A stretch of DNA of 63,170 nucleotides from an uncultured virus (IMG/VR IMGVR_UViG_3300042400_001601) (IMGVR_UViG_3300042400_001601); one strand, 5' to 3'; positions 14,614 through 25,680 are shown, counted from the stretch's first letter. Notes: a model not told the origin generated them from the sequence alone. Made by a program: numbers and translations.

Positions 14614-15842
14614 ATATTGCCTGTAATAGGTTCAGCCCAACCTTTGCTTATACTATGAGGCCACACTATCCAGCTAGATGGTTTAACATCGGTATTAAAC
14701 TCTCTCCATATTTTACAATATTTGTCTGGATCGTTAAACATACGAGCAATTTCCTCTTTATCAGCGTCTCTTCTATATAAATCTTTACCTTCTCCATCCT
14801 TAAACGCAACACACCAAAAATCATAATCCTTCTCAGGTACTTGTTCATACCTCAGATCTATACAATGTTTAAATATTCTACATATAGAGGCTTCCCAATC
14901 AATTACAGGAGGGTTAGGCGGGTAATTTCTATCTAAAGTGTATTGTTGCACACCTCTAAGTTTAAAGCTTATTCCAGCGTAGCGTTCATAGTCATGCAAA
15001 GTTCTTTCTGTGCCAAAACCATATGGGCCAAAATCTATATCTCTCTTTTCCCCGTCCATTTCGAAAAGCTTACGGTTACGCAAATGGCATAGATTATTAC
15101 TTTCTATCCAGGTACTATGATCATCCCAGTGTTTAGTTCTTCCCTTACGAGTATATTCATGCCAAGCAATAATCTTGTGCGGATGAAAAAGATCATAACC
15201 CCACGTGTAAGCTCTTACAGCAATACTAATTTCTTCTCCGTGAAAATAGTAATTAGGGTCATGAGGCACCTCTTTACAGAACTGTCCTAAAGTAAAACAA
15301 AAATGCGCCGAATAAAAACGAGACGGAACAGGCTCAGTTCTTTGCATGTAATCATCTATAGAAGCTGGTAAAAAGAAAATGGCGCCTTCAGGTATAAAAC
15401 GATCAAAATCCATTTTCCAAGGTATCATATGCCTTCCGGCAGGATCGTTTTCAGGGTCAAAACTTGATATATAACCTGTTAATAAAGGCTTTTTATGTCC
15501 TTTTGCCTGTAACTGCTTAAGCATTCCTATTACCGATTCATCCCAATCCTTAACAAAACGATGATGGGAATCTAGTTGTAAAGTATACGTTTCTCCCTTA
15601 TATTGTTGCTGTATTAAATTACGTATCCAACACGCTCCTTTAGCTTCTTTATAAGGAACATCTAAAATTTGTATATTAGCGAAGTTTTTTAATTCGTCAA
15701 TATTTTCGTCTTTACTGTGCTGCCACCCTATACAAAAATGCAATCTTTCCGGATGCTTTGCGTTAGTAATACAGCTTAGAACTGTAGGAACTAGTTGCGG
15801 ATCTCTATAAGCAGCTATCTGTATAAAAATGGTTTCTTCCAT
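14610..15842 (-). CDS. GT60-like protein O-GlcNAc transferase (GlcNAc family)
   Basis: IFIQIAAYRDP, GACWIRN, YTLQLDSHHRF..WD, VPHDP, FHGEEI...RAYTWGYD, YGFGTERTL..Y. Confidence 0.85.
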   Translation of the reverse strand: MEETIFIQIAAYRDPQLVPTVLSCITNAKHPERLHFCIGWQHSKDENIDELKNFANIQILDVPYKEAKGACWIRNLIQQQYKGETYTLQLDSHHRFVKDWDESVIGMLKQLQAKGHKKPLLTGYISSFDPENDPAGRHMIPWKMDFDRFIPEGAIFFLPASIDDYMQRTEPVPSRFYSAHFCFTLGQFCKEVPHDPNYYFHGEEISIAVRAYTWGYDLFHPHKIIAWHEYTRKGRTKHWDDHSTWIESNNLCHLRNRKLFEMDGEKRDIDFGPYGFGTERTLHDYERYAGISFKLRGVQQYTLDRNYPPNPPVIDWEASICRIFKHCIDLRYEQVPEKDYDFWCVAFKDGEGKDLYRRDADKEEIARMFNDPDKYCKIWREFNTDVKPSSWIVWPHSISKGWAEPITGNI

Positions 15843-15883
15843 ACGAAGAAACTTATAAATGTTAGAGCACTACTCAACTAACT

Positions 15884-17917
15884 TTAACCCGGAACTCCAT
15901 TAATAGGGCCGTTAGGATTACTATTCAAATTGCCGCCTGCACTGTTATAATGTGTAGCCGGGGCGGTTGCAGTAGCAGCAGAAGTTTCTGCGTTAACAGC
16001 ACCTGCAGCAGCAGTGCGAACAGCGGCAGCATTAGCAACTAAAGTAAGAGGAAGATTTTTAAAGTAGTGAGTGTGTGGTTGATTAATAGTAAGTACCCCG
16101 CCAGAAATCGTACCGCCAGTTATTGTCACTACATTTCCGCTAGAAATAACACCGCCACCTGGTTTAGTTATAATGCCATTACTAATAATAGCATTACTAA
16201 TAGTGTAGCCTGTATCTTGTATAGTGGTAGATTCTGTAACTTGAAACTCGTATGGCGCGGTAACATGTTGTAAATAGACTTCCCCGTTAGTATAACTACC
16301 GCCCCCTATCACCACATTTTTAGATATACCTAAATTATCATCAATAACAACTTGAGCTTTATTACGAGTACGTATAGCTATAATATCCGCTATTACTGAA
16401 AGATTAGTGCCTCCGTCAAGATTGAAATCTTCTTTGGAAGCAATATTAACTTGTGTACCAGCTATAGCCATAATAGTACCACCTAAATTTATAGGCCCGG
16501 TAGTTTTAGTGTCTATACCTCCTGATCCAACCACTAAAGAATATCTATTACCAATAGTCTGAGTAAAATTACCTCCTGGCGGGTCGTCGACGTATGTATA
16601 TTCAATTAAATCTATATCAGCTTCAGTTAATATAGTACCTGAATTATTTACGTTTCGAAATTGATTAACTTTTTTAGGGGTATCGTTGATTCTATAACTA
16701 GCTACATCATTAAAAATTAATCCTGTATTACTAAATTGATGTTTAGTAACTGTTTGTATAAAATTACCGCCGTAGCCGAGTTCTCTTTCTGCTTCAGCTA
16801 ATGCTTGTACATTAGACTCAATAACCGACTGTAAAGAAGACTTATCTGAGGTATTTTCAGGCTGAGCTAAGATGTCTGCAATATTTTTATAAACCTCATG
16901 CCATTTTTTGAGGGCATTAAAATTTAAACTACCTATTTTTAAAAGATAGTCTCCTTTTACTATATTATCATAATCTCTACCTATATAATGATTGCTGTGG
17001 CCATTAATAGTTTCAAATTTATCCTTTAACGTAAGTTGTTGTAGGTTTTTTGGGCTAAATAAAGAATTATAAGCATTATTAAATTCTATAAACCCCCCAG
17101 CGAAATGGGTAATCTTAAACCGTTCTCTATCCATGGTATTAATAATTTCTATAGCAGCACCACGTTGATTAATAACCATTTTATTACGGTAAGTTTGAGT
17201 GCTAATATCTTCTCCGCGTATATTAGGACTCATATTTTCAAACGCTCCAGGGTAATCTTGAGCGCTACCGTCTTCCGTCATGAATATACTTTTAAAATCA
17301 TCTTCTCCAGAAGCGGATCCGACATAAACCGGATACGTTGCAATACCGTCTCTAAAAAATACCCAAACATGCGCGCCTACGTTAGGAACAGCAAAGACTC
17401 CTTTAGCAGCATTAGAATAGGTTGAAGGCCTGTAACTGCTACCATATGGATTGAGTTTAGAGGTTTTATTACTTTGCGTGTCAGTAAAAGCATCCGTCAC
17501 TCTAAAGTTATATTTTTCAAAAACTGCCCCGGGCTTTTCACCAAAACTTTCAGCATTAAGTTCATATTCCGTTGCGGTAGTAGAATTATTAGTACCGGTT
17601 AAACTAGACGCAAAAGTTGCATCTGAAACTGTAGCTGTTTCATAAAATGCATTATACGTACCTGATGCAGACCCACCAGCAATTGGACTGCAATACTCAG
17701 CCCACGGAAGCTCGTCTCTCAGTTCGTCTATAATAAGACTTAAATCGGAATTAATATTAAGCCCGGGAAATTTAAAATGACGATCTTGTTTTAATTGATT
17801 CCATTTATTATATACGTTAATACTAACATGAGGCACCCATACCTTAATACGCCCTCTATATTCAGGGTCGTTATTTTGTACGCAAATACCCAAATAAATA
17901 TTATTATAAGATTTCAT
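15884..17917 (-). CDS. Baseplate central spike (T4 gp5/VgrG-like, no lysozyme domain evident)
   Basis: NDPEYRGRIKVWVP OB-fold, VPNVGAHVWVFFRDG..PVY, beta-helix-like repeats, HTH tip motif. Confidence 0.78.
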   Translation of the reverse strand: MKSYNNIYLGICVQNNDPEYRGRIKVWVPHVSINVYNKWNQLKQDRHFKFPGLNINSDLSLIIDELRDELPWAEYCSPIAGGSASGTYNAFYETATVSDATFASSLTGTNNSTTATEYELNAESFGEKPGAVFEKYNFRVTDAFTDTQSNKTSKLNPYGSSYRPSTYSNAAKGVFAVPNVGAHVWVFFRDGIATYPVYVGSASGEDDFKSIFMTEDGSAQDYPGAFENMSPNIRGEDISTQTYRNKMVINQRGAAIEIINTMDRERFKITHFAGGFIEFNNAYNSLFSPKNLQQLTLKDKFETINGHSNHYIGRDYDNIVKGDYLLKIGSLNFNALKKWHEVYKNIADILAQPENTSDKSSLQSVIESNVQALAEAERELGYGGNFIQTVTKHQFSNTGLIFNDVASYRINDTPKKVNQFRNVNNSGTILTEADIDLIEYTYVDDPPGGNFTQTIGNRYSLVVGSGGIDTKTTGPINLGGTIMAIAGTQVNIASKEDFNLDGGTNLSVIADIIAIRTRNKAQVVIDDNLGISKNVVIGGGSYTNGEVYLQHVTAPYEFQVTESTTIQDTGYTISNAIISNGIITKPGGGVISSGNVVTITGGTISGGVLTINQPHTHYFKNLPLTLVANAAAVRTAAAGAVNAETSAATATAPATHYNSAGGNLNSNPNGPINGVPG

Positions 17918-18738
17918 TAATACTGTATTATTTCTCTTTCCGCGATAAGAGTGTTAGTGGTTAACTGTTTATAGCTTTGTACGTTAGAATTTGTAAAATT
18001 TACATTTATATCTATATCTTCACAAGTTGCACTAACACTCCATGCATATGGGGTTAATAAATTACCTATAATATTAGTATTAAAAGGTAAGAAGTTAGCT
18101 AATTGCGGATAAAGACTATTTATAGATTCTAAAATAGAGTCGCTTGAATTTACTCTTCTTTCGTAGTCTGTATTAGCCATTATTAAATTACCGTTTACCC
18201 CTGAACCAGGAGCTACGTCAGTACCTGTCCCAGGGCCTATTCTTTCTATATTATTAACAAAAAGCGTATTAGCTGCTGTGTAAAATTTAATAATACTACT
18301 TGATAGTCCATGTACAAGTAAACTATCGATAATAGAACTATATATTTTTGTATTAGTATTTTCGTTAGTGTTATATGCAGTTAAGTAATATAACGTGCCC
18401 ACACTTTCTGAAAACAAACGATAATAAAGACTGTCTTCAGTAATTAATCTATATACAGTAGGAGAAGAATAATACATTGCTTCATCCCACCAAAACTTAC
18501 CCCAGAGTACAGGCAGCTCATCTATAGTAGTAGTTATAGAAAATGTTTGGTTATTTTGAGATATACCTTCAAGTTCTTTAAAAAAATCTACTTTGGATCC
18601 AATCGGGTTAGAAGAAAATTGTGTTAAATAATATGCTTTGGTTATATACTGTTCGGTTTCAAAACCAGGAAAAGTATAGCCATACCAAAATATACTGGTA
18701 TTATATACATCAAAGGTTCTTACTACAGTAGTAGCCAT
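17917..18738 (-). CDS. Hypothetical protein, probably structural
   Basis: Located in the baseplate operon; TAAATA motif upstream. Confidence 0.6.
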   Translation of the reverse strand: MATTVVRTFDVYNTSIFWYGYTFPGFETEQYITKAYYLTQFSSNPIGSKVDFFKELEGISQNNQTFSITTTIDELPVLWGKFWWDEAMYYSSPTVYRLITEDSLYYRLFSESVGTLYYLTAYNTNENTNTKIYSSIIDSLLVHGLSSSIIKFYTAANTLFVNNIERIGPGTGTDVAPGSGVNGNLIMANTDYERRVNSSDSILESINSLYPQLANFLPFNTNIIGNLLTPYAWSVSATCEDIDINVNFTNSNVQSYKQLTTNTLIAEREIIQY

Positions 18739-18752
18739 CTTATATTATTTAC

Positions 18753-20279
18753 CTACGCTACCTCATCATCAATCTTAAGATTGCGACTTGCATAAGGTTT
18801 AACTGCGGTTATTGTATTGGTGTATCCGGTTTGGGTAAATTCGTGTACAACACGCGTAACAAACCATTGGCCTAAAAATTTTTCATCAAAGTCATTATCA
18901 ATATTGCCTGTAGGTCTGTCTAACCCTATAAAACGATTAACCTGTCTTAACGTACTTCCTGGTACATTAAAAGTAAGGCATTCATTTAAGAAGAGCCCGC
19001 TTTCAAGCATTACGTTGCGTCCTTCTGGATAGCGTTCTATTTTTGTTTCCCCGTAAGAATAAGCCGTGTTTATAGTTATTCCTTCAGTTTTATTCTTATT
19101 AAGAGCCAACAAAGCATACGGATTTAATGCGTATTTAAATTTGCTAATGTAATTTTGTTGGAAATAATTTTTGACGTTTTCTATAGTATTTTCTTTTAAA
19201 TCCATTACGAATTCTTTACGACCTATATGGTTAGAACAAACCGCTGTATTAACTAACATTGTATTACTGTCTATAGCGGACATGTTAACAAATTGATAAT
19301 TATTAACTGTGCTTAGCTGTCCCATAGTTACGTTGCGGCGTCCTGTCGGATCTGGCGGGGTATAAGGCACAGAAGGTATAATGACACTGTTTGCTTCTGA
19401 TGAACTAATATAAAATTGTTCAAGTTGATACTCTCCTGCTAAGCGAGAGTTGTTTACCGCTTTGTTTAAAAGAGAGGTTATAGAAAGTAAATTCCAAGTT
19501 TTATCGTATCTATCTCTAAAAAGTATTCCTACATCACCGGAATTTTCACCTTCTTTTGTGTCACATACATGTCTTTTAACTAAAAAATCTAAATTTGTAG
19601 AAACTACACTTTCAACTGTTGGGGTATAAAATATTTTACTAGCACCTATGTCCCATTCTTCAGAAAATTTTTGAGTACTAAGTTTATTATTAAGAGCGTA
19701 TTTTATAAGGCTCTGTATAGCAAGACCTGTAGGAACTCTACGCTTTAAATCTGGTAGTTGAGAAGAACGTCCGTTATATTCTGGATAGAGTTCATATAAA
19801 ACTTCATTAGTGCTCCAATTTGCATTTATTTCAGTACAAAACTGATAATCTGTTTCCCAAAAATATAGTTTTAAATTTTTCTCGCGAGGCTCGTTACCGG
19901 GTATATCTTCTGTATCATACACAGTAAAAATATACCTCATATTCCAGAACGATGGTTCAAAGACATCTTGTTCTATAAAATTAGTCTCAACAACAGGTTT
20001 AATGTTAACAAATAAAAGGTCTCTACCGTCGTTACGAAACTTATAATTAAGTTCTGGTGGAGTAAATTCATTAGGTCTTTTTTCTAAAACATTGTATCCG
20101 TTTTGTAGTACTATGCTGCCTTGTTTGTACCATTCATGAGTACTTTCTTCTATAATTAAAGACAATATTGAACTCGCATTGATAGGAAACGCAATACCTT
20201 GTGTATTATAAAGTGTTATGCTTACTTCATAATCTTGATTATTAAGTCTTAATCTATTCTTTACAGTATTATTTTCCAT
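18753..20279 (-). CDS. Baseplate hub protein (gp27-like)
   Basis: C-terminal VPG...GQWFVTRVVHEF...YTNTITAVK; position next to the spike gene. Confidence 0.65.
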   Translation of the reverse strand: MENNTVKNRLRLNNQDYEVSITLYNTQGIAFPINASSILSLIIEESTHEWYKQGSIVLQNGYNVLEKRPNEFTPPELNYKFRNDGRDLLFVNIKPVVETNFIEQDVFEPSFWNMRYIFTVYDTEDIPGNEPREKNLKLYFWETDYQFCTEINANWSTNEVLYELYPEYNGRSSQLPDLKRRVPTGLAIQSLIKYALNNKLSTQKFSEEWDIGASKIFYTPTVESVVSTNLDFLVKRHVCDTKEGENSGDVGILFRDRYDKTWNLLSITSLLNKAVNNSRLAGEYQLEQFYISSSEANSVIIPSVPYTPPDPTGRRNVTMGQLSTVNNYQFVNMSAIDSNTMLVNTAVCSNHIGRKEFVMDLKENTIENVKNYFQQNYISKFKYALNPYALLALNKNKTEGITINTAYSYGETKIERYPEGRNVMLESGLFLNECLTFNVPGSTLRQVNRFIGLDRPTGNIDNDFDEKFLGQWFVTRVVHEFTQTGYTNTITAVKPYASRNLKIDDEVA

Positions 20280-20641
20280 TATTGCTGTAAGCTTTGTAAA
20301 ACCGAACGAACATATTCAGGTTTTAATATTTTTAATTTTGTACCAGCTGTAGGATAGTTTACTGGATTAATAATATGATTTACAGAACAAATTACCCACC
20401 AAAGATAAATTGTACCATAGACTTTGTATGATATAAAAGTATAAGGTAAATTATCGTTAGGTACTACGTATGTGCTATATACAGTTTCATTTATATCTTC
20501 AGGAAAATTAACTTTTCTTAAAATATTATAAAAGTACTGCCCGGCTTTATTTTGATATACATTAAAAATATTCTCATACCTAAACTGATCTAAGGTAGGT
20601 AGATTATTTATATCGTTTTGTTTTTGAGGATCGTCTGTCAT
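20279..20641 (-). CDS. Baseplate wedge protein (gp53-like, LysM fold)
   Basis: ISYKVYGTIYLWWVICSVNHIINP...GTKLKI. Confidence 0.78.
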   Translation of the reverse strand: MTDDPQKQNDINNLPTLDQFRYENIFNVYQNKAGQYFYNILRKVNFPEDINETVYSTYVVPNDNLPYTFISYKVYGTIYLWWVICSVNHIINPVNYPTAGTKLKILKPEYVRSVLQSLQQ

Positions 20642-20642
20642 A

Positions 20643-21866
20643 CTATATTCCCCCTACAGTTACTTTATAAGTTGGATCTTCAACAAATTGGAAAATATTA
20701 CGAGCATTTTTTAAGAGTCCTTGCAAAGTAAATTGCACTCTATAAGCTTCAGGAATCATTTTTATATAAGGACTTACTGCTCCGTTTTCACTAACTTCTC
20801 CGGTATCTATATTAATTAAACGAGTAGTACCGACATTAGTAATACTAAAAGACTGAACATAGCATATAGGCAATTGCTTATAACCAGTTACAGTTGCACT
20901 ATATAAACACGGCGGGTCTAGCAAATTAATACCTTTTCTATTTGCTAAGTTTTGATATGTAAGCAAATAACAAAATTCCCAATTGCGTCTAATATCTTTT
21001 ACATCATGCGTGTTTAATAAATAAAAAGCTACTTCTATTTTATCAGAATCAGTACCTGTAAACGATTGAGGTACTTCTCTGATTACAAGACCGCCACCTA
21101 AAGATAAGGCTGCTGTTGTTGCTCCAGTGTAAAAGTCTTTTAACCCTGAAACAGCGTTACCACCATCTCCTCCTTTGCTCGGGGCAGCAGTAGGGCTACC
21201 TTTACCTTTCATTCCTTTAAACATTTCTGCTAAACCACCACCTGCTTTTATAATACTGTCTTTAAGGGCAGTAGACTCTCCCCACGAGTTATTAGGAGAA
21301 GCCATATTAGACGCGTTTAAGTAAGGCAAATTATAAGTCCAACCGGTTGGATCTAAAGCGTAAAGGCCGGTATATGGTTTGAGACCGCTTTGTTCATCCG
21401 CACCGGAAACTAAATCTTGTTGAGCCGCTCTATTTAAAGCTTCTTCATTTGCTTTTGCGGCTGTTTCATTTGCTTCCTGTCCTAAACCCCCAAAAAGTGT
21501 TTTTAGAGAAGCTAATACTGCTTCTCCGGACTGTTGTATAGCTGTACCTGTTCTTTGTATATTAGGTACAAATTCTTGTTTTATTACGTTTAAATTATCT
21601 GCCTCGCCCCTTAACATATATAGAAAACCTGATACTTCGCTTGAAAGTGCAAGTTTATATTCTGTTAGCTGCAACATTGGCACTATCTCTCTCGCGACAG
21701 GCTGCGAAAGAGTCCAGCGATATGCTCTATGCACATCTACTAATCCAGGTATACCTCTACTAAAGTGCGTACTATCCTCATTTTGAGGGACACTAATGTT
21801 TGGCACTAGTTTAGGGGCACCTAGTTTTTGGAATTCTTTTTTATAAAGATTTGCTTCGTATGCCAT
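20643..21866 (-). CDS. Baseplate/tail-tube junction protein (gp48-like)
   Basis: PPCLYSATVTG...CYVQSFSITNVG tube-fold pattern; synteny. Confidence 0.5.
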   Translation of the reverse strand: MAYEANLYKKEFQKLGAPKLVPNISVPQNEDSTHFSRGIPGLVDVHRAYRWTLSQPVAREIVPMLQLTEYKLALSSEVSGFLYMLRGEADNLNVIKQEFVPNIQRTGTAIQQSGEAVLASLKTLFGGLGQEANETAAKANEEALNRAAQQDLVSGADEQSGLKPYTGLYALDPTGWTYNLPYLNASNMASPNNSWGESTALKDSIIKAGGGLAEMFKGMKGKGSPTAAPSKGGDGGNAVSGLKDFYTGATTAALSLGGGLVIREVPQSFTGTDSDKIEVAFYLLNTHDVKDIRRNWEFCYLLTYQNLANRKGINLLDPPCLYSATVTGYKQLPICYVQSFSITNVGTTRLINIDTGEVSENGAVSPYIKMIPEAYRVQFTLQGLLKNARNIFQFVEDPTYKVTVGGI

Positions 21867-24859
21867 TAAATTAGTCCTCTAGAATAAATTAATTTATGTC
21901 TATACTTATTACGCTCTATATACGGTATATCTCTTTCAGAGCTATTTTGAAATATATTAGTAGTAGTTGAGCCGCCAGTAATTGTATTCACACCAGCAAC
22001 AGTGGAATTATCAATAACTTGAGATTGATTGTTATTATTTTTCAAAGTTTCTATTAAAATTTCAATTTTTTCTACTAGTTCTGAGCCGGGCATACCAGGT
22101 AGCTTTGAGAGCGGAGATTCAAGTGGCAGCTTAGATTTAGTATCAGGCTTTAAAGGTATTACCGCTTCAGTGCCGTGTAAGGTCATATCATAACCTTCTT
22201 CTGGACCTGAATACACCCCACCGAAACGAGCTTTTGTAGATGGGATAGAAGTTTCTACTTCTTCGTAAATGTTAAAAGGATTGTTTTTATACTGTAATTT
22301 TTCTGTTGTTTCTTTGGTAAAAGCTATAGCTTGACGCTGAGCGCTTTTATCTTTTCCCATAATTCTATCCCCTGCAGTTACGTAATTATTCCAAAGAGTT
22401 TGTTTCATGTCTTCACTTAACTCTTTACGAGCTTTTATTTGTTTTTCGAACCATTTTAAATTGTTATTTAATTCAGCCCAAAGTTTTGGCTCAAAGCGGT
22501 CTTTGTTATCTTCTTGAAGATAATCTTCTTTTAACTGGGTTAATATTTTTACCACATCTTTTGACGGCTGTTTTTGTTTAGAATTTTTTGGCTGTATTGT
22601 TTGTTTTGCTGTACTGATTTGATCTGGGGTTAAGTCTCCTACTTTTTTACCGCTTTCAGTATTGCCAGTTTCGTTAGAATTTGAATTTAAAGGTACAATG
22701 GCTTCAGTACCGTGCATTTCTACAAGGTACCCGTCTTTTGAACCAGAAAATACACCGCCTGTCTTGCCTTTAGGTATTTTATTTTGCACCGGGTCAGTGT
22801 TCATAAACCCAGGCATGTCTGCAGTAGGTTCATTAGCCTTAACCGGTATCTCATTACCTGGCAGTTCTTTTGATGAGTAACGACGAGCCCATTCATCATT
22901 TTGTTTTTGAGCAGAGATATAACCTAACGGAGAATTAATTTTTGGTTTAATTTTCCATGTTTTTACATCGTTGCGTTTATATTGCTTTGCCCACGCTCGC
23001 ATAGCTACATCATTAGAAGAGCTTTTAATTTGGGAAAAAACAGACGTTGATTTTGCTGCTGTTGAATCTTCTGCTTCAGGCTCAATACCTGCAGGTTGTA
23101 GCCAATCTGGTTCTGTCTTAGCAGCAGACGGAAGTGCCTGTTCTGGGGAAGAAGCTGTTGAAGACTGAGCTGGGCCTGGAGCATTAACAGACGGCCTTGC
23201 AACGGCTGCAGCCGCTGCTCGAGTTTGAGGTGCACTTACAGCTGGAGCGACTGGCGGTCTTGATGCTGCGGCCGCCGCTGCTCGAGTTTGAGGTGCACTT
23301 ACAGCTGGAGCGACTGGCGGTCTTGATGCTGCGGCCGCCGCCGCTCGAGTTTGTGGTTGAGCTGCAGCTGGTGCTGGAGCGGTTGGTGCTACAGGAGTTG
23401 CAGGTGTTGCATCTGATTGACCTCCGCTTTCACTATCTAACCCTAAAAATTTTGAAACTTTATCTATGATAAAATCTGGAACGAAAGGCAATTTTTTAAG
23501 AAAATTTAAAGTACCTTTCATTAAGTCTTTAAACTTGTCAGAGAGATATTTGGTTAAGCGGGATAGTAAACTACCTCCAGAGCTTTTAGGTACATCTATA
23601 GCTTTTGCGGGGTCTTCTTTACCGCCTTCTTCCCCGCCAAACATGTCTATAACTAAACCTACACCACTTGCAAGTAATGATACTACTGTGCCTGCGCCCG
23701 GGAAGAAACCAGCAACTCCAGCAACTGTATCTAATAGCCCTTTAAATATATTACCTGATTTAAAATTTGTAAATGCGCTAGCAAAAGAAAACAAACTACC
23801 TATTACCGGTAAGAATTTTAATTTAGATAAAACTTTAGGCGCAAACTTTACTACTGCTTGAGTTAAAATTGATAATATACTTCCTTCTTTAGTTGCTTCT
23901 CCTTTTTTAGAGTCTTCAGTTTGCCCGGTTAAATCTCTTGCTGCGTTAAGAAAACCTAAACCAATAGATATAGCGGTACCAATTCCAGGCACTAAAGTTG
24001 CAACTCCTGATGCTAAATCTATTACCCCGCCTATAAAATCTCCTTCCTTTATACGGCTGATTGCCGAACCAAAATCAATAATAGTACCTATTATCGGTAA
24101 TCTTCTAGCTATAGGTTTTATGAATTTTATTAGAGATGGAAATAATTTAGCAGCTTCTAAAGCTAATTTTTTACCGAATATCATTGTACCGAGTTTACCA
24201 AACTCTTTCATAAGACCCTTAAAGGGTCCATCATTAAACCAACTACCTACCGCTAAAGCTAAAGCAGCAGCTAAGCCACTTGCTAAGGGTAGTAGTTTTT
24301 TACCAAAAACACTTGAAAACAAACTACTTGCATCACTATCTCCACCACCGCCTTTTTGGGTAATTTCGTTTTTACCTTTCGCGCTTATACTAAGAGTTTC
24401 GAAAATCTTCTTTAAGTCATTTAAGACCTCTGGTTCTATTCTTTTAATTATTACAGGCTGAGGTTTTATTTCTTTTAAAGCTTCTGCAGCTTCTTCCCCT
24501 GTAGTATCTTCTCGATCAGGTTCGTTTTTACTTTTTGCACTAGCACCAAGAGTAATAAGAGCTTTTCTTAATTCTTCATCGGTAATAATATTAGTACTAT
24601 CCTTTTTAGATGTAGCTGTAGTTTTTTGCTGTTTTTTGACAAACTTTTCTATTTTATCATGTATTTTAGATAAAAAGTCTGTTTGTAACTTATTCTCTTC
24701 TATTAAACTTTTTATCGTAGCTGTAAAATTAGCCGGTATTTGTATTTTAACAGGTTTATCTGTTTTCTCTTTCGCTTCTTGTACAATATCAGCTAGATCC
24801 GATTTCTTAGCGGTTTTTTTCGGTTTAGGGGTATTTTCAGGAACTGCATCCTCAGCCAT
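21866..24859 (-). CDS. Tape-measure/hub-like protein (gp29-like)
   Basis: 997 aa; hydrophobic GA-rich helical repeats (LPIIG, IPGIGT), Ala/Pro linker, two GG.FSG...HGTEA.VPL domains; tail operon. Confidence 0.6.
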   Translation of the reverse strand: MAEDAVPENTPKPKKTAKKSDLADIVQEAKEKTDKPVKIQIPANFTATIKSLIEENKLQTDFLSKIHDKIEKFVKKQQKTTATSKKDSTNIITDEELRKALITLGASAKSKNEPDREDTTGEEAAEALKEIKPQPVIIKRIEPEVLNDLKKIFETLSISAKGKNEITQKGGGGDSDASSLFSSVFGKKLLPLASGLAAALALAVGSWFNDGPFKGLMKEFGKLGTMIFGKKLALEAAKLFPSLIKFIKPIARRLPIIGTIIDFGSAISRIKEGDFIGGVIDLASGVATLVPGIGTAISIGLGFLNAARDLTGQTEDSKKGEATKEGSILSILTQAVVKFAPKVLSKLKFLPVIGSLFSFASAFTNFKSGNIFKGLLDTVAGVAGFFPGAGTVVSLLASGVGLVIDMFGGEEGGKEDPAKAIDVPKSSGGSLLSRLTKYLSDKFKDLMKGTLNFLKKLPFVPDFIIDKVSKFLGLDSESGGQSDATPATPVAPTAPAPAAAQPQTRAAAAAASRPPVAPAVSAPQTRAAAAAASRPPVAPAVSAPQTRAAAAAVARPSVNAPGPAQSSTASSPEQALPSAAKTEPDWLQPAGIEPEAEDSTAAKSTSVFSQIKSSSNDVAMRAWAKQYKRNDVKTWKIKPKINSPLGYISAQKQNDEWARRYSSKELPGNEIPVKANEPTADMPGFMNTDPVQNKIPKGKTGGVFSGSKDGYLVEMHGTEAIVPLNSNSNETGNTESGKKVGDLTPDQISTAKQTIQPKNSKQKQPSKDVVKILTQLKEDYLQEDNKDRFEPKLWAELNNNLKWFEKQIKARKELSEDMKQTLWNNYVTAGDRIMGKDKSAQRQAIAFTKETTEKLQYKNNPFNIYEEVETSIPSTKARFGGVYSGPEEGYDMTLHGTEAVIPLKPDTKSKLPLESPLSKLPGMPGSELVEKIEILIETLKNNNNQSQVIDNSTVAGVNTITGGSTTTNIFQNSSERDIPYIERNKYRHKLIYSRGLI
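23211..23353 (-). repeat. 63-bp in-frame tandem repeat (QTRAAAAAASRPPVAPAVSAP)
   Basis: Two near-exact copies plus a partial third. Confidence 0.9.
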
Positions 24860-24894
24860 ATTAAATACTTAGGTATGCAACGTAGCTTCAGGTA

Positions 24895-25680
24895 TTAACT
24901 TATCGAAAACATACTTGCATCTATAGTAATATCTACAGCTCTGACGGTACCGTCTTTATCAATCCCTTCGAACCGCGTAACCTTGCGTTGCTGCTCAGCA
25001 ACATCTTCAAGATAGGTTATTATACCACGTACAACAGAAGCAGGTAGTTTTTCTAGAACTTGATACTTTTTACCAAATGTAAGATTTTTATAGTTTATAT
25101 CCTGAGGTTTGCCGTCTATAACAATACTTATTTCTTTAATAAATTTAGAAACTTCCCCCATGAAAGCTTCTCCTAAAGATTCATTAATAGTAGTATCCTC
25201 TGTTCTTTTTTCCCTTAGTTCTCTTTCAAGTTGATATTGTTCGAATAGAGTAGGAGCTCCGACTTTAATAATAAAACTATCTAGCGTAAAAACGGTGCTT
25301 TCGGGTATATTTATTTGTAATGCTCTTTCTTTAAAAGTAGCCAAATTAATTTTATACTCTACCCCGTCTAGTTCTGTGCTATATTCTGTTCCATAACCGT
25401 TAATACGGTACTGCAGTAAAATTGATAAACTATCGATAGTCGTAAGCTGATTAAGAATTTCTTTCTCGGTACAATTTTCAGTAATAATACTATATGCTGC
25501 CGCTACAAAACGAGATTGAAAAATAGGATTATCTACCGCGGCTTTCAGTATAAGCTTTTGCTGGCCTGTAGTTATACTTTTAAACTTTACTTCTCTTTTT
25601 AAACTAGGTACATATAAAGAAATAGTATTTTCTTTATTAATTGCATCTAAAACTGAAAATACGCTATTAATATCATTCAT
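24895..25680 (-). CDS. Baseplate hub assembly protein (gp26/gp51-like)
   Basis: LYVPSLKREVKFKSITTGQQKLIL, LTTID..SILLQYR pattern. Confidence 0.6.
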   Translation of the reverse strand: MNDINSVFSVLDAINKENTISLYVPSLKREVKFKSITTGQQKLILKAAVDNPIFQSRFVAAAYSIITENCTEKEILNQLTTIDSLSILLQYRINGYGTEYSTELDGVEYKINLATFKERALQINIPESTVFTLDSFIIKVGAPTLFEQYQLERELREKRTEDTTINESLGEAFMGEVSKFIKEISIVIDGKPQDINYKNLTFGKKYQVLEKLPASVVRGIITYLEDVAEQQRKVTRFEGIDKDGTVRAVDITIDASMFSIS

